From Patescibacteria group bacterium (lineage in GTDB: Bacteria; Patescibacteriota; Minisyncoccia; Phycocordibacterales; UBA918), in NCBI GenBank assembly GCA_019745315.1, contig JAIETH010000001.1, positions 90,526 through 154,525 on the forward strand: a stretch of 64,000 nt of DNA, in the 5' to 3' direction. Every line of letters begins with the position of its first letter. Position 1 is the first letter of the stretch. Shown one piece after another: positions 51,752 through 61,262 of the stretch. The notes under the pieces were generated by a model that made no database searches, was not told where the DNA came from, and saw only the letters and a program-made list of their open reading frames with translations. The position numbers were made by a program, and so were the translations under genes.

Positions 51752-52312
51752 ATGGATGAACAGAAACAAAAAACAGTCGTAGCGTTTGTAGTTGGGTTGC
51801 TTATTGGAGGGTTGTTGGTTTGGATTTTTTCAATCACACCAGACAACAAAAAGTCGTCTGATACAAAAAACACATCGGAATTTACAGAAAATACAGATGA
51901 AAATGCGTCTGATACAAATAAAGCTACTTCATCAGAGGAGAAAAAAGACGAAGTTATATCAACTGGGATCGTAGTAGAGAATGGTTCAGGTTCTATCGTA
52001 GTTGAGGATCAGTCTGCTGGTCTCTCTGTGGCAATTGCTTCAGTGCTTATGCCAGTTTCAAATGGATGGATTGTAGTTCATGAAATTAATGACGATGGCA
52101 CCTTGAGTAACATTCTCGGAGCTGCACGCTTCAGTGAGTCTGAAGACTTGATGCCAAAGTCAGTAGAGTTACTTCGCACAACTAAGGCAGGAGCAACATA
52201 CAAAGTAGTTATTTACGGAGGAAACGAAGATCGTATGTTTGATAAGGTTGCAGATATGCCTATCACTATGACAGGAGGATACCGAATTGAAGATTCATTT
52301 GTTGCGAAGTAA
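51752..52312 (+). CDS. Hypothetical membrane-anchored protein
   Basis: TM 'VVAFVVGLLIGGLLVWIF' then a Ser/Thr/Asp/Glu-rich linker and a beta-rich domain. A bidirectional terminator lies downstream. Confidence 0.5.
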   Translation: MDEQKQKTVVAFVVGLLIGGLLVWIFSITPDNKKSSDTKNTSEFTENTDENASDTNKATSSEEKKDEVISTGIVVENGSGSIVVEDQSAGLSVAIASVLMPVSNGWIVVHEINDDGTLSNILGAARFSESEDLMPKSVELLRTTKAGATYKVVIYGGNEDRMFDKVADMPITMTGGYRIEDSFVAK

Positions 52313-52384
52313 ATTACATACTTTGAAACACAAAAAAGCACCTCTCGAGGTGTTTTTTTGTATGAAAAAACTCTCCAAAGAGAG

Positions 52385-52678
52385 TTAGTTGAGTCTTGAG
52401 TTGAACAGAGACCACGTTTTGTCTCTGCGATGCAGAGAAATGAAGTCGGCGATCTCCAACCTGATCCACACTTCTGCAGTGGGATCGGAGGTTTTCGTGC
52501 CAGGTGTGTGGGTCACGTGGTCAATTTCTACGGTCAGCTCACTTAGAGTCATTTCGTCGCCCTTGCTTGGAGGGAAGAGGAAAAGCATATCCTGCTTCAG
52601 TGTTCTCCCCGTATCCATGGGTGCTTTGCCTTCTTCAGTAAGGACTTCTTCGATGGTCACGGGCAATGTAATAAACAT
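52385..52678 (-). CDS. Hypothetical protein, moderately GC-rich cassette
   Basis: RBS 'GGAGG'. 'ttatatggtaattatag' -10-like upstream. Terminator downstream on the - strand. Confidence 0.4.
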   Translation of the reverse strand: MFITLPVTIEEVLTEEGKAPMDTGRTLKQDMLFLFPPSKGDEMTLSELTVEIDHVTHTPGTKTSDPTAEVWIRLEIADFISLHRRDKTWSLFNSRLN

Positions 52679-52795
52679 TTGACCTCCAATAACGATCTAA
52701 AAACTATAATTACCATATAACATTAATAGTATTACGTCAATATATTGTGCAGATAGTATAAGTTTCAATGACCTCGCGTGATACAATGGGCTTCT

Positions 52796-53602
52796 ATGGG
52801 TTTTGGGTATAGTGTGCGTAAAAAAGAATACTGCTTTGATCCTGTGCGTCACGGGAAAAAGAGTACAAGTCCGTATGCTATTAGTCGTTCTAAAATTGAT
52901 CTCTTCGTAGAGTGTCCCCGTTGTTTCTATCTTGACCAGCGTCTTGGTATTAAGCGACCAGATAGCTATCCGCTTACGCTTAATAATGCAGTTGATGAGT
53001 TGATGAAACGTGAGTTTGATCTTGTGCGTGTAAATAAAGAGCCGCACCCTCTGATGGAAGAAGCAGGAATTGATGCTGTTCCATATACTCATAAAGATCT
53101 TGAATTGTGGCGAGATGCTATGAAAAATGGTGTTAAATATCTTGAACCAGAAACAAATTTGATTATACGAGGAGGGATTGATGATGTATGGGAAAACAGT
53201 CAAGGAGAATTACATGTTGTTGATTACAAGGCGACAAGTAAAAAAGAGCAAGTCACCCTTGATGCTGAGTGGCAAAATGCATATAAGCGACAAGTTGAGG
53301 TGTACCAGTGGCTTTTTCTGAAAAATGGATTCAAAGTATCTCCGATTGCATATTTTGTGTATGCAAATGGTAATTCAGATGCAGATACGTTTGATGCGAC
53401 CCTTGAATTCGACATGACTATTATTCCGTACACAGGATCTACGGACTGGATTCAAGGGACTGTCGAGAAGCTATATGCATGTCTTATGGAAGAGAGTACG
53501 CCAAAAGCAGGGAAGGATTGTTCGTACTGCATGTATCGCGAGGTTGCGGGAAAAACTCTCTATGCTGAAATGGTTGCACAAAAGAAAAAGCAAAAAGAAT
53601 AA
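52796..53602 (+). CDS. Cas4-like/RecB-family PD-(D/E)xK nuclease with probable Fe-S cysteines
   Basis: 'VECPRC' N-terminal Cys pair, 'GGIDDV...ELHVVDYK' nuclease motifs, C-terminal 'CSYC'. Confidence 0.6.
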   Translation: MGFGYSVRKKEYCFDPVRHGKKSTSPYAISRSKIDLFVECPRCFYLDQRLGIKRPDSYPLTLNNAVDELMKREFDLVRVNKEPHPLMEEAGIDAVPYTHKDLELWRDAMKNGVKYLEPETNLIIRGGIDDVWENSQGELHVVDYKATSKKEQVTLDAEWQNAYKRQVEVYQWLFLKNGFKVSPIAYFVYANGNSDADTFDATLEFDMTIIPYTGSTDWIQGTVEKLYACLMEESTPKAGKDCSYCMYREVAGKTLYAEMVAQKKKQKE

Positions 53603-53608
53603 TATTGT

Positions 53609-53908
53609 ATGGAACTATATATCACTTCTTCAGCTCGTAAGAAAAACATACCTACGCCGTTTGCTGAGGCAGTGCGTGCGGTGGTGCGGAAGATTCCAAG
53701 AGGAGAAGTTCTTTCATATAAAGAGGTGGCAGAGCGTGCGGGGAGTCCTCGTGCATATCGCGCAGTAGCGACCGTTATGGCACATAATTTTGACTCGACC
53801 GTGCCATGTCATAGAGTTATAAAAAACGATGGTACTCCTGGAGGGTATAATCGAGGAGGCGCTTCTAAAAAACGATTACTTCTCATAGAGGAAGGGGTTT
53901 CAATTTAG
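53609..53908 (+). CDS. ogt: Methylated-DNA--protein-cysteine methyltransferase, single DNA-binding/catalytic domain
   Basis: 'VPCHRVI' active-site Cys motif and a winged-helix region. Only 99 aa. Confidence 0.75.
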   Translation: MELYITSSARKKNIPTPFAEAVRAVVRKIPRGEVLSYKEVAERAGSPRAYRAVATVMAHNFDSTVPCHRVIKNDGTPGGYNRGGASKKRLLLIEEGVSI

Positions 53909-53909
53909 T

Positions 53910-54494
53910 ATGATGTATTCATATCGTATCGAGCAGGCGATTCGTGCAGCGACAGTATTGCACCAAGGGCAATTTCGCCGTGGTAAGGCGCCATTCCCAT
54001 ACGTATCACATCTTTTTTCTGTTGCATGCATTATTGCTGATTATACAAAGGATGAAGATATTGTGATTGCGGGACTTCTCCACGACACTCTTGAAGATAC
54101 TGAATACACGGCAGAAGAGCTTGCGGCAGACTTCGGATCACGTGTACAGAGTATTGTGCTCGGAGTTTCAGAGCGTACTGATCCAAAAGATCCTCGTCCG
54201 TGGTTTGAGCGCAAAGATGCGTACATTGCTACTCTTGCGAATGCGAGCGAAGAATCTCGTATCGTTGCTGCGGCTGATACCATTCATAACTTACGTTCAG
54301 TTATCGAGGAATATCAAGGAAATTTCGAACGATATCTCCTCGATTTTGGTGGCTCACTCGAGCAACGCCTCTCGTTATATGAACGAAAAAGCCAGGTCTT
54401 TAATGAGGGTATTGAAAATGCTATTGTTGAGGAGTTCAATCATGTGTTTGAAGAGTATAAAAACTTTATTCGGCAGGAGAGTACTCTACTATGA
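53910..54494 (+). CDS. HD-domain hydrolase (RelA/SpoT-type, small alarmone hydrolase-like)
   Basis: 'H...HDTLEDT' HD motif. Starts 2 nt after ogt. Confidence 0.7.
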   Translation: MMYSYRIEQAIRAATVLHQGQFRRGKAPFPYVSHLFSVACIIADYTKDEDIVIAGLLHDTLEDTEYTAEELAADFGSRVQSIVLGVSERTDPKDPRPWFERKDAYIATLANASEESRIVAAADTIHNLRSVIEEYQGNFERYLLDFGGSLEQRLSLYERKSQVFNEGIENAIVEEFNHVFEEYKNFIRQESTLL

Positions 54495-55777
54495 AAATAC
54501 CAAAACAATTTCGGCACGAAAGCACCATAGAGAACGCTGAGGAGTATCTCTATACAAAAAATGGCTTACGGGTGCTCTATGTTCATATTCCTGGATGTGA
54601 CGCAGTCATTTCTAATATTGTGTACCTTGTTGGTGCTCGGCACGAGGCGCGTGGCAAGACGGGTATTGCGCATATGCTTGAGCATATGCTTTTCAAGAAC
54701 ACGAAAGATAAGCATGGAAAAAAAGTACCTGTTCCTCGATATATTCCCCTTCAAAATAAAGGTGCGAGCTTGAACGCTTCTACATGGATCGATCGAACCA
54801 ATTACTACTTTGTAATGCCTCCGCAGTATCTTGGAGAGATGCTCCAGGCTGAAGCAGAGCGTATGCGAGGGTTAATTCTTACACCCAAAGAGTTTGCTCC
54901 TGAACAACAGAATGTGCTTTCTGAATATGAAATGTATAGTGAGAATCCTGAATTTATACTTAACGCTGCGGTAACTGCTCAGGCATTTGTATCACACGGA
55001 TACGGTCATGAAACGATTGGATATAAATCAGATATTGAAAATCTCACGTGTGAGGATTTACAGTCGTTTTATGACACATACTACTGGCCTAATAATGCAT
55101 ATCTCGTGATTGCGGGAGATATTTCTCGAGAAACAGCTTTGAATTGTGTTGATGAGCATTTTTCTCATATTCCAAAATCTCCGAAACCTATTCCACAGCT
55201 GGCAATCGTAGAGCCCTCGGCTCTCGGTGCGCGTTCAATATATATCGAACGAAAAAACCCTGTGACATTAACGATGCGTTCATATGTTGCGCCTCGTGCG
55301 CAAGACCCTGCGTGGATTCATGCGTATATTGCACTCACGTATCTCGCGTCAGGCAAATTGTCACCGCTCTATAAAAAACTCGTTGAAACAAATAAAGCTT
55401 CCTCTATTACTCCGTCACTGATGCCGTCCTATGATCCATTTCTCTTTTCAATTACCTGCACCGTATCTCAAGGAGTAATGCCAGAGGATGTGCAGAAAAT
55501 CATGGAAGCAGAAATAGAATCCCTGAAAGCGCATCCTATTTCTCTTAAAGATTGTGCGCGTATAAAAAATAAGTTGATAGCAGATATGTTGTATGGTCGC
55601 GATGGTGCTCAGGCTGTTGCACGAGAGCTGACTGAGTACATAGCCGGAGGAAGCTGGAAGCATTACTTCAGTGTTATTGAGGATATTGAAAATACATCTA
55701 GTGCTGATATACAAAGTTTTGCAAAAAAATGGCTTGATACTACGTCATGTATAACAGGTACGTTCAAAGGAATATGA
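54491..55777 (+). CDS. M16-family zinc peptidase (active subunit)
   Basis: 'HMLEHMLF' HxxEH zinc motif. Confidence 0.85.
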   Translation: MKIPKQFRHESTIENAEEYLYTKNGLRVLYVHIPGCDAVISNIVYLVGARHEARGKTGIAHMLEHMLFKNTKDKHGKKVPVPRYIPLQNKGASLNASTWIDRTNYYFVMPPQYLGEMLQAEAERMRGLILTPKEFAPEQQNVLSEYEMYSENPEFILNAAVTAQAFVSHGYGHETIGYKSDIENLTCEDLQSFYDTYYWPNNAYLVIAGDISRETALNCVDEHFSHIPKSPKPIPQLAIVEPSALGARSIYIERKNPVTLTMRSYVAPRAQDPAWIHAYIALTYLASGKLSPLYKKLVETNKASSITPSLMPSYDPFLFSITCTVSQGVMPEDVQKIMEAEIESLKAHPISLKDCARIKNKLIADMLYGRDGAQAVARELTEYIAGGSWKHYFSVIEDIENTSSADIQSFAKKWLDTTSCITGTFKGI

Positions 55778-57087
55778 AACACGAATACACATACACAGAG
55801 GGTGGAGAAGGAAAGGATGGTCTACATGTCCTCACTATTGTGTCGCCAGAAGATGATGTGGTGCGTCTGCATCTAACCTCTAATCTTTCTCTGTCTGGCA
55901 AAGACTCCCTCTTTATACAGTTTTTTTCAGATATGCTTGAGAGAGGAAGTCGTATGTATACAAAAGATGCATATGAAGAGGCCTTGGAGACGCTTGGGGC
56001 GCAGGTGGCAATAGATGCTCTCGACGCATCTCTCCATATAGAAATGACATGTAGAAAAAGTGTTGTGGAGGATGTTGTTTCGATACTTGTAGCGACACTG
56101 AGTCGACCAGTATTTCTTCCAAAAGAAATAGAAAAACTCAAAAAAGAATACGCACAACATCTCCATGAAGAGAAAGATAATAGTCGGGCATTATCATACG
56201 GAATGTTTGCACGACACATCTATTCTGAAAATGAAGTAGGGTACGTACCAACCCTTGCTGTTCGTACTGCACAATTAAAAAAAATCACACAAAAAACATT
56301 GAGAGATATGCATACTCTTTTTGTGTCGGGTGTATGGCACCTTAGTGTTTGTGCAGATTCTTCGGTCTTTAGCAAGGTAGTTCCTCAGCTATCAGCGCTT
56401 CATGTGTCGACTGTGCGTGCACAAAAAACTGCTCCAGTAGCTACGCTACTTCCTCAAAAAGAAGAATTTCTTCTTGTCCCGGAGAAGCAAAACATAGAGT
56501 TTTTTATGGGTAATAGACTTCCTCTCACTCTTGCAAACGAAGACTTCCTCGCATTTTCATTTGGTATTGATGTGTTGGGAAAGCGCGGCGGGTTTGCGGG
56601 TCGCCTCATGAGTACCGTACGAGAAAAAGAAGGGCTCACGTATTCAATTTATGCATGGATACAAGGGGTAACTACGCGCCGCTCCGGTCATTGGCAAATC
56701 TTTACATTTTTTACTCCAAAAGATGCATGGCGTGGCATTACATCGACTATGCGTGAAGTGACACAGCTTATCGAAAAAGGTGTATCTGAGGCTGATGTAA
56801 AGCGTTTTAAAGAATTGCTTACAAATCAATTTCAACTCGCTCATGAATCAAAAGCTTCCACACTCGCTCTCTATCATGCGGCGGCGGTAGGAGGGCGCTC
56901 TCCTGAGGATGTTGCGACATATCCAACCCGCATACAAAAACTAACTAAAAAAGAAATTAATGCAGCTCTGGCTACCTACCTCAAGCCAGATGCGATAGTG
57001 ATCACGAGGGCGGGCGCAACAGGTACCATGGGAGATCGTCCTGTCGGCGTTGCGTCATTGAAGAAAGGTATAAATGTGAGACAATAA
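55774..57087 (+). CDS. M16-family peptidase (non-catalytic partner)
   Basis: M16 fold by similarity of organisation. Lacks HxxEH. Overlaps the previous gene's stop. Confidence 0.7.
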   Translation: MKHEYTYTEGGEGKDGLHVLTIVSPEDDVVRLHLTSNLSLSGKDSLFIQFFSDMLERGSRMYTKDAYEEALETLGAQVAIDALDASLHIEMTCRKSVVEDVVSILVATLSRPVFLPKEIEKLKKEYAQHLHEEKDNSRALSYGMFARHIYSENEVGYVPTLAVRTAQLKKITQKTLRDMHTLFVSGVWHLSVCADSSVFSKVVPQLSALHVSTVRAQKTAPVATLLPQKEEFLLVPEKQNIEFFMGNRLPLTLANEDFLAFSFGIDVLGKRGGFAGRLMSTVREKEGLTYSIYAWIQGVTTRRSGHWQIFTFFTPKDAWRGITSTMREVTQLIEKGVSEADVKRFKELLTNQFQLAHESKASTLALYHAAAVGGRSPEDVATYPTRIQKLTKKEINAALATYLKPDAIVITRAGATGTMGDRPVGVASLKKGINVRQ

Positions 57088-57092
57088 GCCGT

Positions 57093-57320
57093 ATGATTAC
57101 GTTATATACAGCGCTGACATTGGGGACAATTGGGAAATTGATACTGGGTATTGCAGTTCTGCGTGTACACGCCTATATTATCAAAGAGCATAGGATAGAT
57201 GATGTCGTCCTCCGCGCCATGAAGCGAGAGCGTTACATCACTGTTGGAGGCGTTATTCTGATACTTATTGGATACGCCATGGAGATCTATTTTTACGCGA
57301 ATGTGCCTTTAGTACTCTAA
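57093..57320 (+). CDS. Hypothetical small membrane protein
   Basis: Two hydrophobic helices. Confidence 0.4.
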   Translation: MITLYTALTLGTIGKLILGIAVLRVHAYIIKEHRIDDVVLRAMKRERYITVGGVILILIGYAMEIYFYANVPLVL

Positions 57321-57323
57321 TTA

Positions 57324-59201
57324 GTGTATATGTCTGGAGAAGAAATACGTTCTAAATATTTAGAATTCTTTAAGCGCCACGATCATGCGGTTATTCCGTC
57401 GTCTGCACTGGTGCCTGAGAATGATCCAACAACTCTTTTTACCGGGAGTGGAATGCAGCCTCTTGTCCCATACCTTATGGGAGAGGTACACCCGAAAGGA
57501 ACTCGTCTCACAGACTCACAAAAATGTTTTCGTGCAGAAGATATTGATGAGGTTGGAGATAATCGCCATACAACCTTTTTTGAGATGCTTGGAAACTGGT
57601 CTCTCGGTGATTACTTCAAGAAAGAACAACTTCGATGGTTTTTCACATTTCTTGTTGATGAAGTAGGTCTTGATCCCCAGAGGATTTATGTGAGTGTATT
57701 TGCAGGAGACGAATCTTTGGGAATTCCAAAAGACGATGAGGCTGTCGCTATCTGGAAAGAACTCTTTCTTGAGCGTGGTATAGAGGCGCACGATGTATTT
57801 ATCGGTTCTGAAGAGGATGGATATGAGAAAGGTATGCAAGGAGGTCGTATCTTTTACTATGATGCTGCAAAAAACTGGTGGAGTAGAGCAGGAAAGCCAA
57901 GCAAGATGCCTGTTGGAGAGATCGGTGGACCAGATAGCGAAGTTTTTTATGATTTTGGTCCTGAATACGCAACCCATCCTGACTTTAAAGATAAAGAACC
58001 GCATCCAAACAGTGACTCAGGACAATTCCTTGAAATAGGAAATTCTGTTTTTATTGAATATATAAAACAAGAAGACGGATCGTTTACAAAACTTCCTCAA
58101 AGAAATGTTGATTTCGGAGGAGGGCTTGAACGTATTGCTGCGGCGCGCGTAGGTACGCCGGATGTGTTTAAGGTGGATCTTTTGTGGAATGTGATAGAGC
58201 AAATCCAAACTCTTTCAGGCAAAAAGTATGAGGACAATCTTGTTGCATTTCGTGTGGTGACTGACCATATTCGAGGAGCTACCTTTATGATTGGGGACGG
58301 TATACATCCTGGAAATACTGAGCAGCCGTACTTCGTGCGTCGCTTGGTGCGCCGTGCGGTGCGCTACGCTGATATGCTCCGAATTCCTGCAGGTGAGCTT
58401 AAAAACCTGTCTCGTAGCGTTATAGAGACCTATAAAGGGCACTATACAAATCTCAGAGAGAAGCAGAATGAAATAATTGATGCGATTGGGAAAGAAGAGG
58501 AGCAATTTCGTAAAACACTTGAACGAGGACTTAAAGAGTTTGAAAAAATTAAAGAGTCTCATATAGATGGACCAACTGTTGCGCTTCTCTTTACTACATA
58601 CGGTTTCCCGTATGAACTTATTCTTGAGGTAGCAAAAGAGTCTGGAAAAACAGTCGACGAGGCTGGTTTCAAAGAGGAGATGCAGAAACATCAAGAGCTT
58701 TCTCGCGCAGGAGCTGAGCACAAGTTTAAAGGAGGACTTGCTGATCACTCAGAAAAAGTTGTGCAGTATCACACTGCAACGCACCTTTTGCTTGCAGGGC
58801 TGCGAAAAGAACTAGGAGATCACGTGCATCAGGCTGGATCTAATATTACCGGCGAGCGACTTCGTTTTGACTTTACGCATGGAGAAAAGGTAAGTGGCGA
58901 TGTACTCCGCAAAGTTGAAGTATTTGTAAACGACGTTATACAAAAAGGAGCAGAGGTGACAATGGAGATTCGTGATAAAGAAGAAGCGCGAAAGGATCCA
59001 ACCATTGAGGCAAGTTTCTGGGAGCGATATCCTGATCAGGTAAAGGTGTATTCGATGACAGGGGAGAATGGTGAACTCTACTCTCGCGAGTTGTGTGGTG
59101 GGCCTCATGTGCAAAATACAAAAGGTATAGGAACCTTTAAAATCCAAAAAGAAGAAGCTGTCGCTGCTGGGATTCGTCGTATCAAGGCCACCTTGGAATA
59201 A
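57324..59201 (+). CDS. alaS: Alanine--tRNA ligase (short form)
   Basis: Class II N-terminal 'FFKRHDHAVIPSSALVP...TLFTGSGMQ', editing-domain 'HTATHLL...H', 'CGGPHV'. 625 aa, lacking the long C-terminal Ala-rich/DHHA1 region. Confidence 0.9.
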   Translation: MYMSGEEIRSKYLEFFKRHDHAVIPSSALVPENDPTTLFTGSGMQPLVPYLMGEVHPKGTRLTDSQKCFRAEDIDEVGDNRHTTFFEMLGNWSLGDYFKKEQLRWFFTFLVDEVGLDPQRIYVSVFAGDESLGIPKDDEAVAIWKELFLERGIEAHDVFIGSEEDGYEKGMQGGRIFYYDAAKNWWSRAGKPSKMPVGEIGGPDSEVFYDFGPEYATHPDFKDKEPHPNSDSGQFLEIGNSVFIEYIKQEDGSFTKLPQRNVDFGGGLERIAAARVGTPDVFKVDLLWNVIEQIQTLSGKKYEDNLVAFRVVTDHIRGATFMIGDGIHPGNTEQPYFVRRLVRRAVRYADMLRIPAGELKNLSRSVIETYKGHYTNLREKQNEIIDAIGKEEEQFRKTLERGLKEFEKIKESHIDGPTVALLFTTYGFPYELILEVAKESGKTVDEAGFKEEMQKHQELSRAGAEHKFKGGLADHSEKVVQYHTATHLLLAGLRKELGDHVHQAGSNITGERLRFDFTHGEKVSGDVLRKVEVFVNDVIQKGAEVTMEIRDKEEARKDPTIEASFWERYPDQVKVYSMTGENGELYSRELCGGPHVQNTKGIGTFKIQKEEAVAAGIRRIKATLE

Positions 59202-59310
59202 TTTTAAAAAACTATATATGCGGTTATTGCATATATAGTTTTTTTATGTTCTAATAATTTTAGAATACAACATACAGTACAAGGAGTACGTTTCGTGGAC
59301 ATCCATAGGA

Positions 59311-59394
59311 TGCGCGAACTTGAAGAATTAGAGAGCCTTCTTGGTATTTCATTTCAAGATCTTGAATGCCGCTCTTACGCATATCTCATATAAC
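59311..59394 (+). pseudogene. rnc: Out-of-frame 5' segment of rnc ('MRELEELESLLGISFQDLE...')
   Basis: Encodes the conserved RNase III N-terminal 'LExLLGYxFxD' block in a frame that stops after 27 codons. The main rnc ORF continues in the +1 frame. Confidence 0.5.
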
Positions 59395-59967
59395 GAGAAG
59401 GAGAATAATGAAGCTTTTGAGTTTCGAGGTGATCGGGTTTTGAACCTTGTCATGGCGGACGCGCTCTGTGAAGCTTATCCCAGAGCAACTCCCGGAGAGT
59501 TAAGCGATCTTCTTCAAAGTTGGACAAGTAATAAGATTCTTACCCGGATCGGGAATCGTTTCGGAATATATAATTTTTTATTGCGACAAGAGCTGCTCAC
59601 TGAAGGTATGGTTGCTGATGCTGTTGAAGCACTTATTGGTGCCTACTTTTTCGAGAATGGATACGATAAAACAGCGCAATTTGTACTGCAACTATTTGGA
59701 AAAGAGGTGGTGAATATTGATACTATTAATATTCACTCCAAGACTCTTTTGCAGAACGAAACGCGTAGGATTTGGAAGAAGGCGCCCGAGTATGTTTTGT
59801 TGTATGTAGATCCTGAAAGAGCTCTTTTTTGTTCAGAGGTCCGTGTAAAAGGGGCATTTCTCGGTTTTGGGCTCGGAGGTACAAAAAAAGAAAGTGAGCA
59901 GGAGGCCGCATATGCAGTGCTGCAAAAATTAAAGAGTGGGAGAATTCCTACTATAGCCAAGCGTTAA
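59341..59967 (+). CDS. rnc: Ribonuclease III, N-terminally disrupted by a frameshift (see findings)
   Basis: 'ALTHISYNEKENNEAFEFRGDRVL' (cf. ALTHxSY...NERLEFLGD), C-terminal dsRBD 'GFGLGGTKKESEQEAAYAVLQKL'. Confidence 0.7.
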   Translation: MVFHFKILNAALTHISYNEKENNEAFEFRGDRVLNLVMADALCEAYPRATPGELSDLLQSWTSNKILTRIGNRFGIYNFLLRQELLTEGMVADAVEALIGAYFFENGYDKTAQFVLQLFGKEVVNIDTINIHSKTLLQNETRRIWKKAPEYVLLYVDPERALFCSEVRVKGAFLGFGLGGTKKESEQEAAYAVLQKLKSGRIPTIAKR

Positions 59968-60041
59968 CGCTTGGCTTTTTCTATCCCCATAAAGTCGAGT
60001 CTTTTGTTAAATGATGCCGTTCTTCGCCTATAATAGAGATA

Positions 60042-61235
60042 ATGATTTTCAGTTTTGGGAAGCATGATACCAATTATGGCGTTATTGTTGACGTGCACTC
60101 GGGGAGCGTTGGTATTGCTCTGGTTCATAGCGATCCTACAAGTAACAAGCCTAAAATACTTTTTTCTTTTAGAGAGTACTTAAAAATTCTTGATGCTCCT
60201 GATACGCCAAGCTTGCTTCGGGCACTCACTGCTGCGCTTGCTGTTGCAACAGAGGCGCTTTCTAAAGACGGGATGCGTGTACTTATGGCGCACGACACAA
60301 AGGCACGTATTAGTAAGGTTTTGTTGGTGTGTGGAGCTCCGTGGGCACAGACCGTCACACGCTTTATTCATGTCGAGGATACTGAGCCATTTGTTATCAC
60401 TGAGGAAAAGGTGAAGTCCCTCATTGTTGAGGCAGAACGAAGAGATGAAACTGAGCTGAAGACATCAGATTTGCTTAAAGAATTAAATGTGAGCTTAGTT
60501 GAGCGCGCTGTTGTTAATACAGCGATAAACGGATATTTCGTTGAAGATCCGTACGGTAAAAAAGGAACAGAGTTTTCTCTCGCTCATATCTCAGGTCTCA
60601 TCCCAGAAATTATAGTAAAGGGAATTGAAAGCCTTGAACATAAAGCGTCGCTTCATGTGGTGCGAAAAACTCATACCTTTGCACTCGTACTGTTCTGTGT
60701 TGTGCGTGATCTTTACCCAAAAATAACGCAAGCCTTGATTGTCGACATATCAGGAGAAGCTACTGAGCTTTGCATTATGCAGGAAGAAGTTCTCATGGAG
60801 ACCTGTGTGTTCCCATATGGTACCCATTCGTTTGTGAGAGACATTGGTGCTCTGCTTAATAATACGTTTCCAGAAGAAGTTTTAGGTCATTTGCGTGAGT
60901 ATGGCCCAGAGTCAGATGAAAAAATTAAGAAAGCAGTGACGGTGACCCAAGAGCGATATCTTAAAAAGCTTGAAGAAGCTCTCATTCTTTTGGAAGAGCG
61001 ATATACTATTCCACGTCATTGTATTCAGGTTACCAGTAAAAATCTTGGCGCTTTCTTTGATCCCTTGATTGAAGGATTTATTACGAAGTATAAAAGTAAA
61101 GAAGTACGCTCTTTCATCTCTCTCAATAAAGATCTTCTATCAGAAAAAAAAGACGCCGAACAAAATAAAGATGTCTTTTTTGTTGTAGAAGCACGCTTTT
61201 TCCACAAACTACATGCATGTGGAGAAATTACATAG
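60042..61235 (+). CDS. Hypothetical protein, possibly ASKHA/actin-like ATPase fold
   Basis: 'YGVIVDVHSGSVGIALV' resembles a phosphate-1 motif. Weak. Confidence 0.45.
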   Translation: MIFSFGKHDTNYGVIVDVHSGSVGIALVHSDPTSNKPKILFSFREYLKILDAPDTPSLLRALTAALAVATEALSKDGMRVLMAHDTKARISKVLLVCGAPWAQTVTRFIHVEDTEPFVITEEKVKSLIVEAERRDETELKTSDLLKELNVSLVERAVVNTAINGYFVEDPYGKKGTEFSLAHISGLIPEIIVKGIESLEHKASLHVVRKTHTFALVLFCVVRDLYPKITQALIVDISGEATELCIMQEEVLMETCVFPYGTHSFVRDIGALLNNTFPEEVLGHLREYGPESDEKIKKAVTVTQERYLKKLEEALILLEERYTIPRHCIQVTSKNLGAFFDPLIEGFITKYKSKEVRSFISLNKDLLSEKKDAEQNKDVFFVVEARFFHKLHACGEIT

Positions 61236-61262
61236 TTAAAGAATGGTATACTTCTTTTACAC

